DNA from: Acidobacteriota bacterium
GTDB taxonomy: Bacteria; Acidobacteriota; Polarisedimenticolia; Gp22-AA2
Direction: 5' to 3'
Length of the DNA: 62,724 bases
Assembly: GCA_018606725.1 (NCBI GenBank)
Contig: JAGYID010000031.1
Span: 1-62,724 of the forward strand
Of the stretch, positions 27,085-35,882 are shown in pieces. Numbering within the stretch: position 1 is the stretch's first letter; every line of letters begins with the position of its first letter. A program made the translations under genes and the position numbers. The notes under the pieces are model-generated. The model did not search any database, was not told the origin of the DNA, and saw only the letters and a program-made list of their open reading frames with translations.

Positions 27085-28141
27085 AGTAGGAGCTCCCCCG
27101 CTGCGCCCGGTACAGCCACAGGAAGAACGGTCCGCCGCACAACGCCGTGATGACCCCGACCGGCAGCTCGGTGGGCGCCATGATGGTGCGGGCCAGCGTG
27201 TCGGCCGCCATCAGGAAGATGGCGCCGCACAGGGCGGCGGATGGGACCAGCAGCCGGTGGTCGGGGCCGAACAGCAGGCGCGCGGCGTGCGGGACGATCA
27301 GGCCGACGAAGCCGATCGGTCCGGTGACCGCGACGACCGCGGCGGTCAGGAAGGACGCCAGCCCGATCCACAGCAGCCGCGACCGCTCGACACCGAGGCC
27401 GAGCGAGCGGGCCACGTCCTCTCCGGCGCTCAGGAGGTTGAGCTCGCGCCCGGCCAGCGCCAGGAGTGCGATGCCAGCGCCCAGCGTGGCCGCCAGCGGT
27501 CCGAGCAGGCCCCAGGTCTCGATCGGCACCGTCCCGACCAGCCACAACCGCACGCCGTGCAGCCGGCCGGTCTCGACGATCGTCTGGATGAACAGGATGA
27601 GCGACAGGTTGATGGTGTTGGTGATGACGCCGATCAGGAGCATCGGGTACGAGGCGATCCTGCCGCGCACGCTCGACAGGACGAAAATGAACGCGATGGT
27701 GAGAAGCGCGCCCGCGAAGGCCGAGGCCTCGCGCACCGGCAGGAACGGCAGCGCCGCCGGCAGACCGGCGATGGTCGCGAGGAAGGCGCCGAGCGCGGCA
27801 CCGCCGGAGACCCCCAGGATGTAAGGGTCGGCCAGGGGGTTGCGCAGGATCGCCTGGAAGACCGCGCCCGCCGCGCCGAGCGCCGCCCCCGCCAACCCGG
27901 CCAGCGCGACGCGCGGCAGGCGGACGCGGAACACCAGGTCCGCGGCCAGCGAGGCGTCGGGCACCGGGACCCCCCCCGGCGGACTATTCCCGGGCGTCGC
28001 GCCGCGCAGCGCGTCGAGCACGGTGACGCCGCTGCTGCCGATGCTGACGCAGACCGCGGCGCAGGCGATCATCAGCATGCCCAGCAGCCCGAGCACGGCG
28101 GCCAGCCGCCGGACGGTCAGGGGCGGGGAGCGGCGCGACAT
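27077..28141 (-). CDS. FecCD/BtuC-family ABC permease (iron-chelate/cobalamin type)
   Basis: 354 aa with about 10 TM. Typical FecCD blocks: RNPLADPYILGVSGGAALGA and PVGVITALCGGPFFLWL. Overlaps the ATPase start by 8 nt. Confidence 0.9.
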   Translation of the reverse strand: MSRRSPPLTVRRLAAVLGLLGMLMIACAAVCVSIGSSGVTVLDALRGATPGNSPPGGVPVPDASLAADLVFRVRLPRVALAGLAGAALGAAGAVFQAILRNPLADPYILGVSGGAALGAFLATIAGLPAALPFLPVREASAFAGALLTIAFIFVLSSVRGRIASYPMLLIGVITNTINLSLILFIQTIVETGRLHGVRLWLVGTVPIETWGLLGPLAATLGAGIALLALAGRELNLLSAGEDVARSLGLGVERSRLLWIGLASFLTAAVVAVTGPIGFVGLIVPHAARLLFGPDHRLLVPSAALCGAIFLMAADTLARTIMAPTELPVGVITALCGGPFFLWLYRAQRGSSYFE

Positions 28142-28150
28142 GGCGCCATC

Positions 28151-29161
28151 CTATGTCAGGACGTGCCGCTCCAGCACCGGGTAGATGACGTCGTAGCGGG
28201 GGTCCGCGAGCAGGGTCCGGCGGATCGACTCGATCGTGCGCGGCACGTAGTCGAGGTAGGCGCGCAGTCCGCGCTCGGTCGCCATGTAGCCGAAGGTCCC
28301 CAGGTCCTTGAGGTTGCGCTGCAGGGACATCAGATCAAGATCGCGGCGGAACTCCTCGAGGCCGGCCCCGAGGCGGCGGCAGAGGTAGCGAATCATCTCC
28401 TCGACCAGCGATTCCTCGAGGTCGAGCGACGAGTCGCGCAGCAGCGAGGCGGCATCGTAGGTGTACGGCCCCATCCGGGCATCCTGGAAATCGATCAGCC
28501 TCAGACGCCGACTTCCTGCCCTTCCGCTACCGGTGACCATCAAGTTGCGCGATTGGAAGTCGCGGTGGCAGTAAACCCGTGGCAGCCGGTGGCACCGCTC
28601 GGCGAGGAAATCGTAAAACGATCGGAGCTGCCGCTCATCGCCTGGGGAAGGGCGCCGGCCGCGCCAGCCGGTCACGAAATGCCGGTGGAAATGGTCCAGC
28701 TCGAACCGGAAGCGCTCCTGGTCGAGCGCATGGTTGGCGGCGAAGTCGTCCTGCCGCAGCGCTTCGGCCCCCCGGCGATGCAGCAACACGATGACGTCGC
28801 ACGCCTGCCGGTAGAGGCGAGCCGTTTCCGGCCGGGAGGCAGGATCGGAGCCGTCAACGCCGCCCCCGACGAGAACGCGCTGCAGGGTTGTATCGCCCAG
28901 ATCCTCCATCAGAACGGAGCCGGAGGCGTCGTCCGAGGCCAGGATGCGGGGCACCGGGGCCCCGATCAGGGTCAGGATGCGGTGGTTGCTGTACAGAGGT
29001 GAGGAGGGGTGAAGCGGCTCCGGGTGGCTCACCAGTACGGCGCGACGCCGCCCGCTGCTGACGCGATAAAACCTTCTGGTCGAAGCGTCTCCGGCGATTT
29101 CCGTGACGCGACAGGGGGTCTTGAAGTACGAGCGCAGGAACGGGCGGATCCGGGAGATCAA
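28151..29161 (-). CDS. aminoglycoside-phosphotransferase-fold kinase (AmgK-like anomeric sugar kinase candidate)
   Basis: APH-fold blocks DASTRRFYRV, HRDFQSRNLMV and IDFQDARMGP. I chose the TTG at 29161, which overlaps the upstream stop (TTGA). The longer ORF to 29359 would overlap the upstream gene by 200 nt. Confidence 0.72.
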   Translation of the reverse strand: MISRIRPFLRSYFKTPCRVTEIAGDASTRRFYRVSSGRRRAVLVSHPEPLHPSSPLYSNHRILTLIGAPVPRILASDDASGSVLMEDLGDTTLQRVLVGGGVDGSDPASRPETARLYRQACDVIVLLHRRGAEALRQDDFAANHALDQERFRFELDHFHRHFVTGWRGRRPSPGDERQLRSFYDFLAERCHRLPRVYCHRDFQSRNLMVTGSGRAGSRRLRLIDFQDARMGPYTYDAASLLRDSSLDLEESLVEEMIRYLCRRLGAGLEEFRRDLDLMSLQRNLKDLGTFGYMATERGLRAYLDYVPRTIESIRRTLLADPRYDVIYPVLERHVLT

Positions 29162-30255
29162 AGAGACGTCATCCAGCAGGAACCGAGGCGCTCCAGACGA
29201 TCCTTCGGGCCGTGATAATCCTGGGCCCTGAGGAATATCTTGTTGGAAAGACTGACGTTCGCCGGGACGAAAACCCCGGACGTCACGATGCATTCCGACA
29301 GACTGCTGCCGTCTCCGATCCTGGCGCCATCCCAGACGATCGTCGAGCGGAGCGAGCACCCTTTGCCGATGGTTGCCTGTTTGCCGACGACGACCCCGGC
29401 CTGAAAGGACGCCTTATCGCCGATAGTCGCTCCGCGGCCAATCACGACCGGCGGCTCGATCACCGGGTGCCGAGGCAGGGAGACCCGATCGAGATAAACC
29501 CCGTCCGACGATCGGAGCGCAGCGAGGGAAGGGTCCTTCCCCTCACGCAACAACGCCAGCGATCCTTCGAGGTAAAGGGCCGGATTCCCCAACTCGCGCC
29601 AGAACCCTGTGTGCACGAACGCCCTGATCGCCCCTCCAGCTGTGAGAAGACCAGGGTAGATCACCCGATTGATCTCGCTCTTCCCTTGAGGGGGAATCTT
29701 GTCGAACAGCTCCGGTTCAATTATGTGGATGCCGGAGAAGTTGTATCGGGAGGCGCGAGGGTCGGGATCGCCCTGGGGATTTCCCGCGATTCTCGTTATC
29801 CGATCATTGTCATTGACCTCGACCACCCCATAATCAACCCCTGCACGTGGTGGTATGAGGACCATGGTCGCGATCGCCCGAGTCTCACGATGTTTCTTGA
29901 TCGCCGCCACCAAGTCGCAGTCGCTGATACTGTCGCTGTTGACCATCAGGAAGGTCCCGGAGTCCCGTATGTATGGCTCTGCCTTCTTGAGACCACCAGC
30001 GGTGCCGAGGATGACGGGTTCCTCGGAGTAATGGACCTTCAAGCCGTGACGACTGCCGTCACCGACGATGCCGCGGATCGACTCCGGTTGATAGTGCAGG
30101 TTGATCACCACCTCGCTCACACCGTGTCGTTTGAGATGGTCAAGGGTGAAGGCGATGATCGATCGATGCAGGAGCGGCAGGGTTGGCTTCGCCCGCCCTT
30201 CGGTGAGCGGTCGCATCCGCTCGCCAAGACCGGCAGCCAGGACCATGGCCTTCAT
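29158..30255 (-). CDS. sugar-1-phosphate nucleotidyltransferase with C-terminal left-handed beta-helix domain (MurU/GlmU-like family)
   Basis: N-terminal LAAGLGERMRPLT...KP signature and GTAGGL block. Hexapeptide-repeat C-terminal third. Confidence 0.85.
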   Translation of the reverse strand: MKAMVLAAGLGERMRPLTEGRAKPTLPLLHRSIIAFTLDHLKRHGVSEVVINLHYQPESIRGIVGDGSRHGLKVHYSEEPVILGTAGGLKKAEPYIRDSGTFLMVNSDSISDCDLVAAIKKHRETRAIATMVLIPPRAGVDYGVVEVNDNDRITRIAGNPQGDPDPRASRYNFSGIHIIEPELFDKIPPQGKSEINRVIYPGLLTAGGAIRAFVHTGFWRELGNPALYLEGSLALLREGKDPSLAALRSSDGVYLDRVSLPRHPVIEPPVVIGRGATIGDKASFQAGVVVGKQATIGKGCSLRSTIVWDGARIGDGSSLSECIVTSGVFVPANVSLSNKIFLRAQDYHGPKDRLERLGSCWMTSL

Positions 30256-30266
30256 TTGTTATGTGA

Positions 30267-30277
30267 TAATGCCATTA
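30267..30277. promoter_or_regulatory. AT-rich perfect palindrome TAATG-C-CATTA (candidate Fur-family operator)
   Basis: An 11-bp palindrome inside the only markedly low-GC spacer of this region. It lies 11 nt upstream of the nucleotidyltransferase ATG, which lacks an SD. Confidence 0.25.
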
Positions 30278-30384
30278 GTCGGCGGGGCGACATCGGCGGA
30301 AAGGGCCGATAAATCTGGCTGTGGAAAATATGACCATGAGAAATTCCCATGGGCGGAGGGGGTATTTTCATGGGATAAGACCAA

Positions 30385-30404
30385 GTTTTCCGCGAGCGAA
30401 AAAC
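30385..30404 (-). terminator. stem-loop downstream of the CYTH gene (weak terminator candidate)
   Basis: Minus strand reads GUUUUUCG-CUCG-CGGAAAAC (8 bp including one GU). It sits 36 nt after the stop and is followed by a U-containing but imperfect tract. Confidence 0.3.
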
Positions 30405-30439
30405 CTCCGTCAATAGCCAACAATTGTCGCTGACCCTGA

Positions 30440-31012
30440 TCATGCTGCATCGAAGAGCATGTCTTTCAAGGGCAGCCCGCGTGCTTTGAGATATTCCTGG
30501 TGCAGCGCGAAGTAGCTTTTCACGATGTAGTCCGATGCTTTATACCCAAGACGGGTCGCCGCATCATCGATGAGCGGCTTCGGTCCTTCGAGCTCGAAGT
30601 AGGTTCCGATCGGAGTCTCGTCGATGGTGACGATCAGGCCGGCGAGGTCGTAGACCGTCCGATATTTCTGATAGCGAAACAGCGGCCGCATGCCGAGCTT
30701 GAGGAGGATGGCGGCGGTCATCTCGCCGGCCTCGACGCCCGTTGCTCCGAGCGGCACTTCCATCTCCTCCCGCACCTTCACGCCATTCTCGACCCGCGAC
30801 CCTTCCTTGTAGGTCAGGGTCGATCCGCGTCCCTGGAGCCTGACCCGCAGCATGGCACCGCGCGTCTTGAGCGAGAAATCCGGGAAATCGTACAGCTGAT
30901 TGTCCTCGAGCTCACGCGGGTGGACGAGGTGCGCCCCGAGACCGATCGTCGCCGCCACCGGATCGGTCCCTTCCTCGATGCGCAGCTTGATCTCGACCTC
31001 AGTCTTCTTCAT
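30440..31012 (-). CDS. CYTH-domain protein (class IV adenylate cyclase / triphosphatase family)
   Basis: ExExK motif near the N-terminus (EVEIKLRI) and the CYTH beta-barrel pattern. I prefer the ATG at 31012, which has GGAG 6 nt upstream. Confidence 0.8.
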   Translation of the reverse strand: MKKTEVEIKLRIEEGTDPVAATIGLGAHLVHPRELEDNQLYDFPDFSLKTRGAMLRVRLQGRGSTLTYKEGSRVENGVKVREEMEVPLGATGVEAGEMTAAILLKLGMRPLFRYQKYRTVYDLAGLIVTIDETPIGTYFELEGPKPLIDDAATRLGYKASDYIVKSYFALHQEYLKARGLPLKDMLFDAA

Positions 31013-31079
31013 CGTCATCTCCGCCGTACGGTACCACAACCCAACGTATGCGGACGGGCGCCGCGGTCAACCCGAAACG

Positions 31080-31108
31080 TTGACAGCGCCGCCGGCCGGT
31101 AGTAGGTT
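31080..31108 (+). promoter_or_regulatory. candidate promoter of the small Cys-rich gene
   Basis: TTGACA (31080-31085), 17-nt spacer, TAGGTT (31103-31108). Confidence 0.4.
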
Positions 31109-31135
31109 CGCCGCCGCAAGCCGGCGGGCGGGGTC

Positions 31136-31405
31136 ATGGGCAAGACTACCAAAGCCACACTGGTGTTCCTGGTGCTGTTCATCGGCGTCGTGGTGTACCT
31201 GAGCATGACGATCGCCGATCACGAGTGCCGCATCTGCCTGACCTACCACGGGCGGACCGAGTGCCGCACCGCCGCGTCCGGCACCGAGAAGACGGCGATC
31301 CAGAGCGCCACGACCAGCGCCTGCGGCACGCTGGCGGGCGGCATGACCGAGACGATCGAGTGCGAGAACACCCCGCCCGACTCGGTCAGCTGCCGGGATC
31401 ACTAG
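31136..31405 (+). CDS. small (89 aa) membrane-anchored or secreted six-cysteine protein of unknown function
   Basis: N-terminal hydrophobic helix (ATLVFLVLFIGVVVYL). Six Cys including a CRIC pair. Strong GC3 codon bias typical of the real genes here. Confidence 0.6.
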   Translation: MGKTTKATLVFLVLFIGVVVYLSMTIADHECRICLTYHGRTECRTAASGTEKTAIQSATTSACGTLAGGMTETIECENTPPDSVSCRDH

Positions 31406-31451
31406 CCCGGATTTCTCACCGGGGTTCGTCGCGAGACTGCGCAGATGGCCG

Positions 31452-32462
31452 TCATGACGGGCACCCGCAGCGGCGAGGACCCGAAACGTATTCGACATAC
31501 GCCGTCGAGCGCGGGTCGACGACGGTGCGATTGCGGCCGGCTTCCTTGGCGCGGTAGAGGGCGGCATCGGCGGCCTGGATGAGGTGTTCGGGGGTCTCGA
31601 TGAGGGGGTTCATCGGCGTGGTGGCGACACCGGCGCAGGCGGTGATCTGGATCGGGGCGAGCGTGCCGGCGCCGGAGAACTGGTGGGTCTGGGTGGCGCG
31701 CCGGATCCGCTCGGCCAGGCGCTGGCCGTGGACGGCGGACGTCTGGGGCAGCAGGATGGCGAACTCCTCGCCGCCGTAACGGGAGCAGATGTCGGTCTCG
31801 CGCGCCGAGCGGGTCATGATGGCGCCGAAATCCTTCAACACCTGGTCGCCGGCGAGGTGACCGTAGCGGTCGTTGACCAGCTTGAAGTGGTCGATGTCGA
31901 GCATCACCAGGGTCAGGTGGTTGTTGTAGCGCCGGGCCCGCTTGAACTCGTCGCGCAGCTTCTCCATGAAAGAGCGGTAGTTGGTGAGGCCGGTCTTCTC
32001 GTCGACCTGGATGAGCTGCGCCATCTTCTCGTTGGTGCGGCGCAGCTCCTCGTTGGTCCGCTCGAGCTCGCGGAACACTTCGCGCTTCTTGAGCATGGTG
32101 CGGACGCGCGTGTCGACGTCCTCGAACACGAACGGCTTGGTGATCAGGTCGTCGGCGGGGGTATCGTCCAGGATGGCGTTGCGGCGGGTATCGTCGCGGC
32201 CGGTGAGGACGATGATCGGCACGGCGGAGAAACGGTCCTCCTTCTTCAGCTCACGCGCCACCGACAGCCCGTCGACCTCCGGCATGATCTTGTCGACCAG
32301 GATCAGGTCGGGGGGGTCCCGGCGCGCCAGCTCGAGGAGCTCCCGGCCGCCGCGCGCGCAGCGCACGTAGTACTCCTTCGACGACAGCCATTCGCGCAGC
32401 AGGCCGAGGTTGTCCTCGAGGTCGTCGGCGATCAGGATCTTGTAGTGCTGGTTGCCGGGCAT
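31452..32462 (-). CDS. response regulator with GGDEF output (PleD/WspR-like diguanylate cyclase)
   Basis: REC domain with an acidic pocket and phospho-acceptor (LILVDKIMPEVDG). A coiled linker. GGDEF domain with a GGEEF active site and RETD I-site. Confidence 0.9.
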   Translation of the reverse strand: MPGNQHYKILIADDLEDNLGLLREWLSSKEYYVRCARGGRELLELARRDPPDLILVDKIMPEVDGLSVARELKKEDRFSAVPIIVLTGRDDTRRNAILDDTPADDLITKPFVFEDVDTRVRTMLKKREVFRELERTNEELRRTNEKMAQLIQVDEKTGLTNYRSFMEKLRDEFKRARRYNNHLTLVMLDIDHFKLVNDRYGHLAGDQVLKDFGAIMTRSARETDICSRYGGEEFAILLPQTSAVHGQRLAERIRRATQTHQFSGAGTLAPIQITACAGVATTPMNPLIETPEHLIQAADAALYRAKEAGRNRTVVDPRSTAYVEYVSGPRRCGCPS

Positions 32463-32522
32463 TTCGAACCGCCATCCCGGCCGTCCACCCTGCCCGGCCG
32501 GGCATCGCCTGCCGTGACCACT

Positions 32523-33749
32523 CTAGTCCATCTGCTTCCTCAGGAACGTCGGCACATCCAGTTCATCTTGGAGGGAGGCGTAGCCGGCGCTGTGCGGCGC
32601 GTCGCCGCGCGCCGCCGCGGGGCCGCCGGGGGCGCGGCGCAGGAACGCCGGCTGGTCGAGATCGCGCGCGGGGCGCGCCGGGAAGGCGGCCGGCTCGGCC
32701 GGCTGCGACCGCGCCCCGGCCGCGCGCGGCGATGCCGACTTCGCCTCGGCCTCCCTGTGGTTGAAGCCGGTGGCGATGACGGTGATCTTGATCCCGTCGG
32801 TCATCGTCTTGTCGATGACCGTGCCGAAGATGATGTTGGCCTCCGGGTCGGCGGTGCGCTGCACCAGGCTCGAGGCCTCGGCGACCTCGTGCAGGGTCAT
32901 GTCGTGGCCGCCGGTGATGTTGATCAGGATGCCGCGCGCCCCCTCGATGGTGGCGTCCTCCAGGAGCGGCGAGGAGATCGCCTTCTGCGCCGCCTCCACG
33001 GCGCGCTGCGGGCCCGAGGCGATCCCGGTCCCCATCAGCGCCATCCCCATGCCGCTCATGATGGTCTTGACGTCGGCGAAGTCGAGATTGATCTCACCGG
33101 GGATGGTGATCAGGTCGGAGATCCCCTGCACCGCCTGGCGCAGCACGTCGTCGGCGTACAGGAAGGCGGCGCCGAGCGGCATCGCCTTGTCCACCGAGTT
33201 GAGGAGCTTCTCGTTCGGGATGCAGATGACGGTGTCGACCGACTCCTGCAGTTCCCGGAGACCGACGTCGGCCTGCTCGTGGCGCCGCTTCCCCTCGAAG
33301 CCGAACGGCTTGGTCACCACCGCCACCACGAGCGCGCCCAGCTCGGAGGCCAGGCTGGCGATGATCGGCACCGCGCCGGTGCCGGTGCCGCCGCCCAGCC
33401 CGGCGGTGATGAACACCATGTCGGCCCCCTGCAGCGCCTCGATGATCTTCTCCGAGTCCTCGAGGGCCGCCTGGCGGCCGACCTCCGGGTTGCTGCCGGC
33501 GCCGAGCCCCTTGGTCAGCTTGGCGCCGATCTGGATCTTCAGGGAGGCGCGCGAGTTCTTCAGAGCCTGCGTGTCGGTGTTGGCGGCCATGAACTCCACC
33601 CCCTGCAGGTTGGTGGAGATCATCCGGTTGACCGCGTTGCCGCCGCCGCCCCCCACGCCGATGACCTTGATGTTGGCCCCGACTGCCTTGGTCTCGTCGA
33701 ACGAGATCCGGGGGACGCCTTTCGGCTCTCTATCATCCATCAGAATCAT
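32523..33749 (-). CDS. ftsZ: cell division GTPase FtsZ
   Basis: Tubulin signature GGGTGTGA plus NTDTQAL. C-terminal conserved peptide DVPTFLRKQ. Confidence 0.97.
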   Translation of the reverse strand: MILMDDREPKGVPRISFDETKAVGANIKVIGVGGGGGNAVNRMISTNLQGVEFMAANTDTQALKNSRASLKIQIGAKLTKGLGAGSNPEVGRQAALEDSEKIIEALQGADMVFITAGLGGGTGTGAVPIIASLASELGALVVAVVTKPFGFEGKRRHEQADVGLRELQESVDTVICIPNEKLLNSVDKAMPLGAAFLYADDVLRQAVQGISDLITIPGEINLDFADVKTIMSGMGMALMGTGIASGPQRAVEAAQKAISSPLLEDATIEGARGILINITGGHDMTLHEVAEASSLVQRTADPEANIIFGTVIDKTMTDGIKITVIATGFNHREAEAKSASPRAAGARSQPAEPAAFPARPARDLDQPAFLRRAPGGPAAARGDAPHSAGYASLQDELDVPTFLRKQMD

Positions 33750-33759
33750 GCTGCCTCCT

Positions 33760-34995
33760 TTAGAAGAGTTCTCCGAACCAGGTCCGCACCGCGTCGCTGA
33801 CGCGGAAGAACAACGACGGGTAGGCGGGGCGCACGGGCGGCCTGGCCCGCTGCCGCGCCCCGTACAGGGCCAGCCCGACGACCGTGCTGTGCGCCGGCGT
33901 CGACACCGAGTCCGCCAGCCCGCCGAGGTCGATGGGCGCCGCGCGCCGCACCGGCACGTCGAGCGCGTCCTCGGCGATTTCCTGGATCCCCTCGAGCATC
34001 GCGCCGCCGCCGGTCAGCACCACCCCGGCGTGGATGGAGCGGTCGAAGGCGCTGCGCGCCAGCTCCTCGGCAATCAGCGAGAAGATCTCCTCGACGCGCG
34101 GCTGGATGATCTCGCTGAGGATCTGGCGCGACAGCAGGCGCGCCTTGCGCCCGCCGACGCTTGGCACCTCGATGGTCTCCTCGTCATCGACCAGGCTCGC
34201 CAGCGCACAGCCGTGCTTCTTCTTGATCCGCTCGGCCTCGGGGATCGGCGTGCGCAACCCGACGGCGATGTCGTTGGTGACGTGCTCGCCGCCGGTCGGC
34301 AGCACCGCCAGGTGGCGGATGGCGCCGCGCTCGAACACCACCAGGTCGGTGGTGCCGCCGCCGATGTCGATCAGGGCGGTGCCCATCTCCTTCTCGTCGG
34401 CCGACAGGACGGCGTCGGCGGCGGCGAGCTGCTCGAGCACCATCGCCTCGACCTCGACGCCGGCGCGGTTGACGCTGTTGACCAGGTTCTGGGCGGCGCT
34501 CACCGAGGCGGTGACGATGTGGACATTGGCCTGCAGCTTGGCGCCGGTCATGCCGACCGGATCGTGGATGCCGTCCTGGTCGTCGACCATGTATTCCTGC
34601 GGCAGGACGTGGAAGATCTCGCGATCGGGCGGGATGTTGACGGCGCGCGCCGCCGACAGCACCCGCTGCACGTCCTCGCGGCTGACCTCGTGATCGCGGC
34701 CGGAGACCGCCACCACGCCGCGGCTGTTGAGGCCGCGCACGTGCGGTCCGGCGACCCCGACCCAGGCCTTCTCGACCGCCGCGCCGGCCATCAGCTCGGC
34801 CTCCTCGATCGCCTGCTTGATCGACGCCACGCAGGCGTCGAGGTTGACGACCACCCCCTTGCGCATGCCGCGCGACGGCGCCGACCCGCAGCCGACGACG
34901 TCGATCGCACCGCCCTCCCGCGGCTCGGCGATCAGGACGCATACTTTGGTCGTGCCGATGTCCAGACCCACAACGTGAGTACTCAGTCGTGCCAT
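33760..34995 (-). CDS. ftsA: cell division protein FtsA
   Basis: Actin-fold motifs [10 protein letters not shown] and [11 protein letters not shown] at 34995 with GGAGAG 8 nt upstream. Confidence 0.95.
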   Translation of the reverse strand: MARLSTHVVGLDIGTTKVCVLIAEPREGGAIDVVGCGSAPSRGMRKGVVVNLDACVASIKQAIEEAELMAGAAVEKAWVGVAGPHVRGLNSRGVVAVSGRDHEVSREDVQRVLSAARAVNIPPDREIFHVLPQEYMVDDQDGIHDPVGMTGAKLQANVHIVTASVSAAQNLVNSVNRAGVEVEAMVLEQLAAADAVLSADEKEMGTALIDIGGGTTDLVVFERGAIRHLAVLPTGGEHVTNDIAVGLRTPIPEAERIKKKHGCALASLVDDEETIEVPSVGGRKARLLSRQILSEIIQPRVEEIFSLIAEELARSAFDRSIHAGVVLTGGGAMLEGIQEIAEDALDVPVRRAAPIDLGGLADSVSTPAHSTVVGLALYGARQRARPPVRPAYPSLFFRVSDAVRTWFGELF

Positions 34996-35027
34996 CGTCG
35001 GGCTCTCCGCCGGCGCGCGGCGCCTCC

Positions 35028-35882
35028 TCAATTCTCCCGAGTCACCGCCGGCCGGAACGCAATGCGATCGCGGAACCGCAGATCGACGTATTCCCCGTCC
35101 CCGAAATCCGTCGCCAGGTAGTCGCGCATCGTCAGGTAGCGATCCAGATTGTTGCCGAAATCGGTCGGATGCAGGCGGACGACTGTCCCGCCGTCGTTCA
35201 TGCGCAGCTCGATCCGGTCGTCACGCGACAGATCGATCTCCGAGATCTCCGCGCTCAGTCCCGGGTGCGACGCCTCGAGCCACTCCAGGAGGCGCACGCC
35301 CCGCTCGACCTGCCGACGCTGACGGTCGGCGTCGCGATCGACCAGCCCGACGAAGATCGGGAAGGAAAACCGCGGCCCGGTGTCGCCGTATGGGTCGATC
35401 GCCACGCCCTCCTCGTCGACCAGCCAGACCCGATCGCGGATCAACGCCAGGCCGCGCGGCCGGCGCTCCTCGATGGCGCAGAACAGACCGTCGGGCAGGA
35501 CGCGCCGCACGATCGCCCGCTTGACCCAGCGCTTGGCTTCCAGGTCCCGCCCGGCGCGGCCCAGGTCGAGGCGGAAGATGTTGGTGCCGGCGTAGCGCGC
35601 CACGACCCGGCGCAGCTCCGGCTCGGGAGCGTAGCGCAGCGTCGAGAAGCCGATCCGGCGCAGCCGGAAGCGGGCCGCATGGGTGGCGTAGTGCCGCGCG
35701 AAGTAGGCGCCTCCGCCTACGGCCGATGCGATCGCCAGGAGCGCCGCCGCGATCAGCCGCCGGCGCACCACGCCGCGGCGGCGATTGCGGAAGGCGCGGT
35801 GCTCCTGGCCGCGGCGCAGGATCCGGAGCGGCTCATCGAGCCCGTCGTGCATGTCCGGCCGCTCGACGCGCCTCATCTCCAC
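35028..35882 (-). CDS. ftsQ: cell division protein FtsQ (POTRA)
   Basis: Single TM after a basic N-terminus, followed by POTRA/FtsQ-type beta domains. Sits between murB and ftsA. Confidence 0.85.
   Translation of the reverse strand: MEMRRVERPDMHDGLDEPLRILRRGQEHRAFRNRRRGVVRRRLIAAALLAIASAVGGGAYFARHYATHAARFRLRRIGFSTLRYAPEPELRRVVARYAGTNIFRLDLGRAGRDLEAKRWVKRAIVRRVLPDGLFCAIEERRPRGLALIRDRVWLVDEEGVAIDPYGDTGPRFSFPIFVGLVDRDADRQRRQVERGVRLLEWLEASHPGLSAEISEIDLSRDDRIELRMNDGGTVVRLHPTDFGNNLDRYLTMRDYLATDFGDGEYVDLRFRDRIAFRPAVTREN

Noticed and set aside
30252-30450. Two overlapping 63-aa minus-strand ORFs in the low-GC spacer.
   Set aside because: They show no codon bias, no SD and mutually exclusive frames. 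The region is better explained as promoter, operator and terminator space.
35873-35882. Absence of ddl between murB and ftsQ, considered as a sign of deletion.
   Set aside because: dcw clusters without ddl at this position are common. murB and ftsQ overlap cleanly by 10 nt with no remnant sequence.
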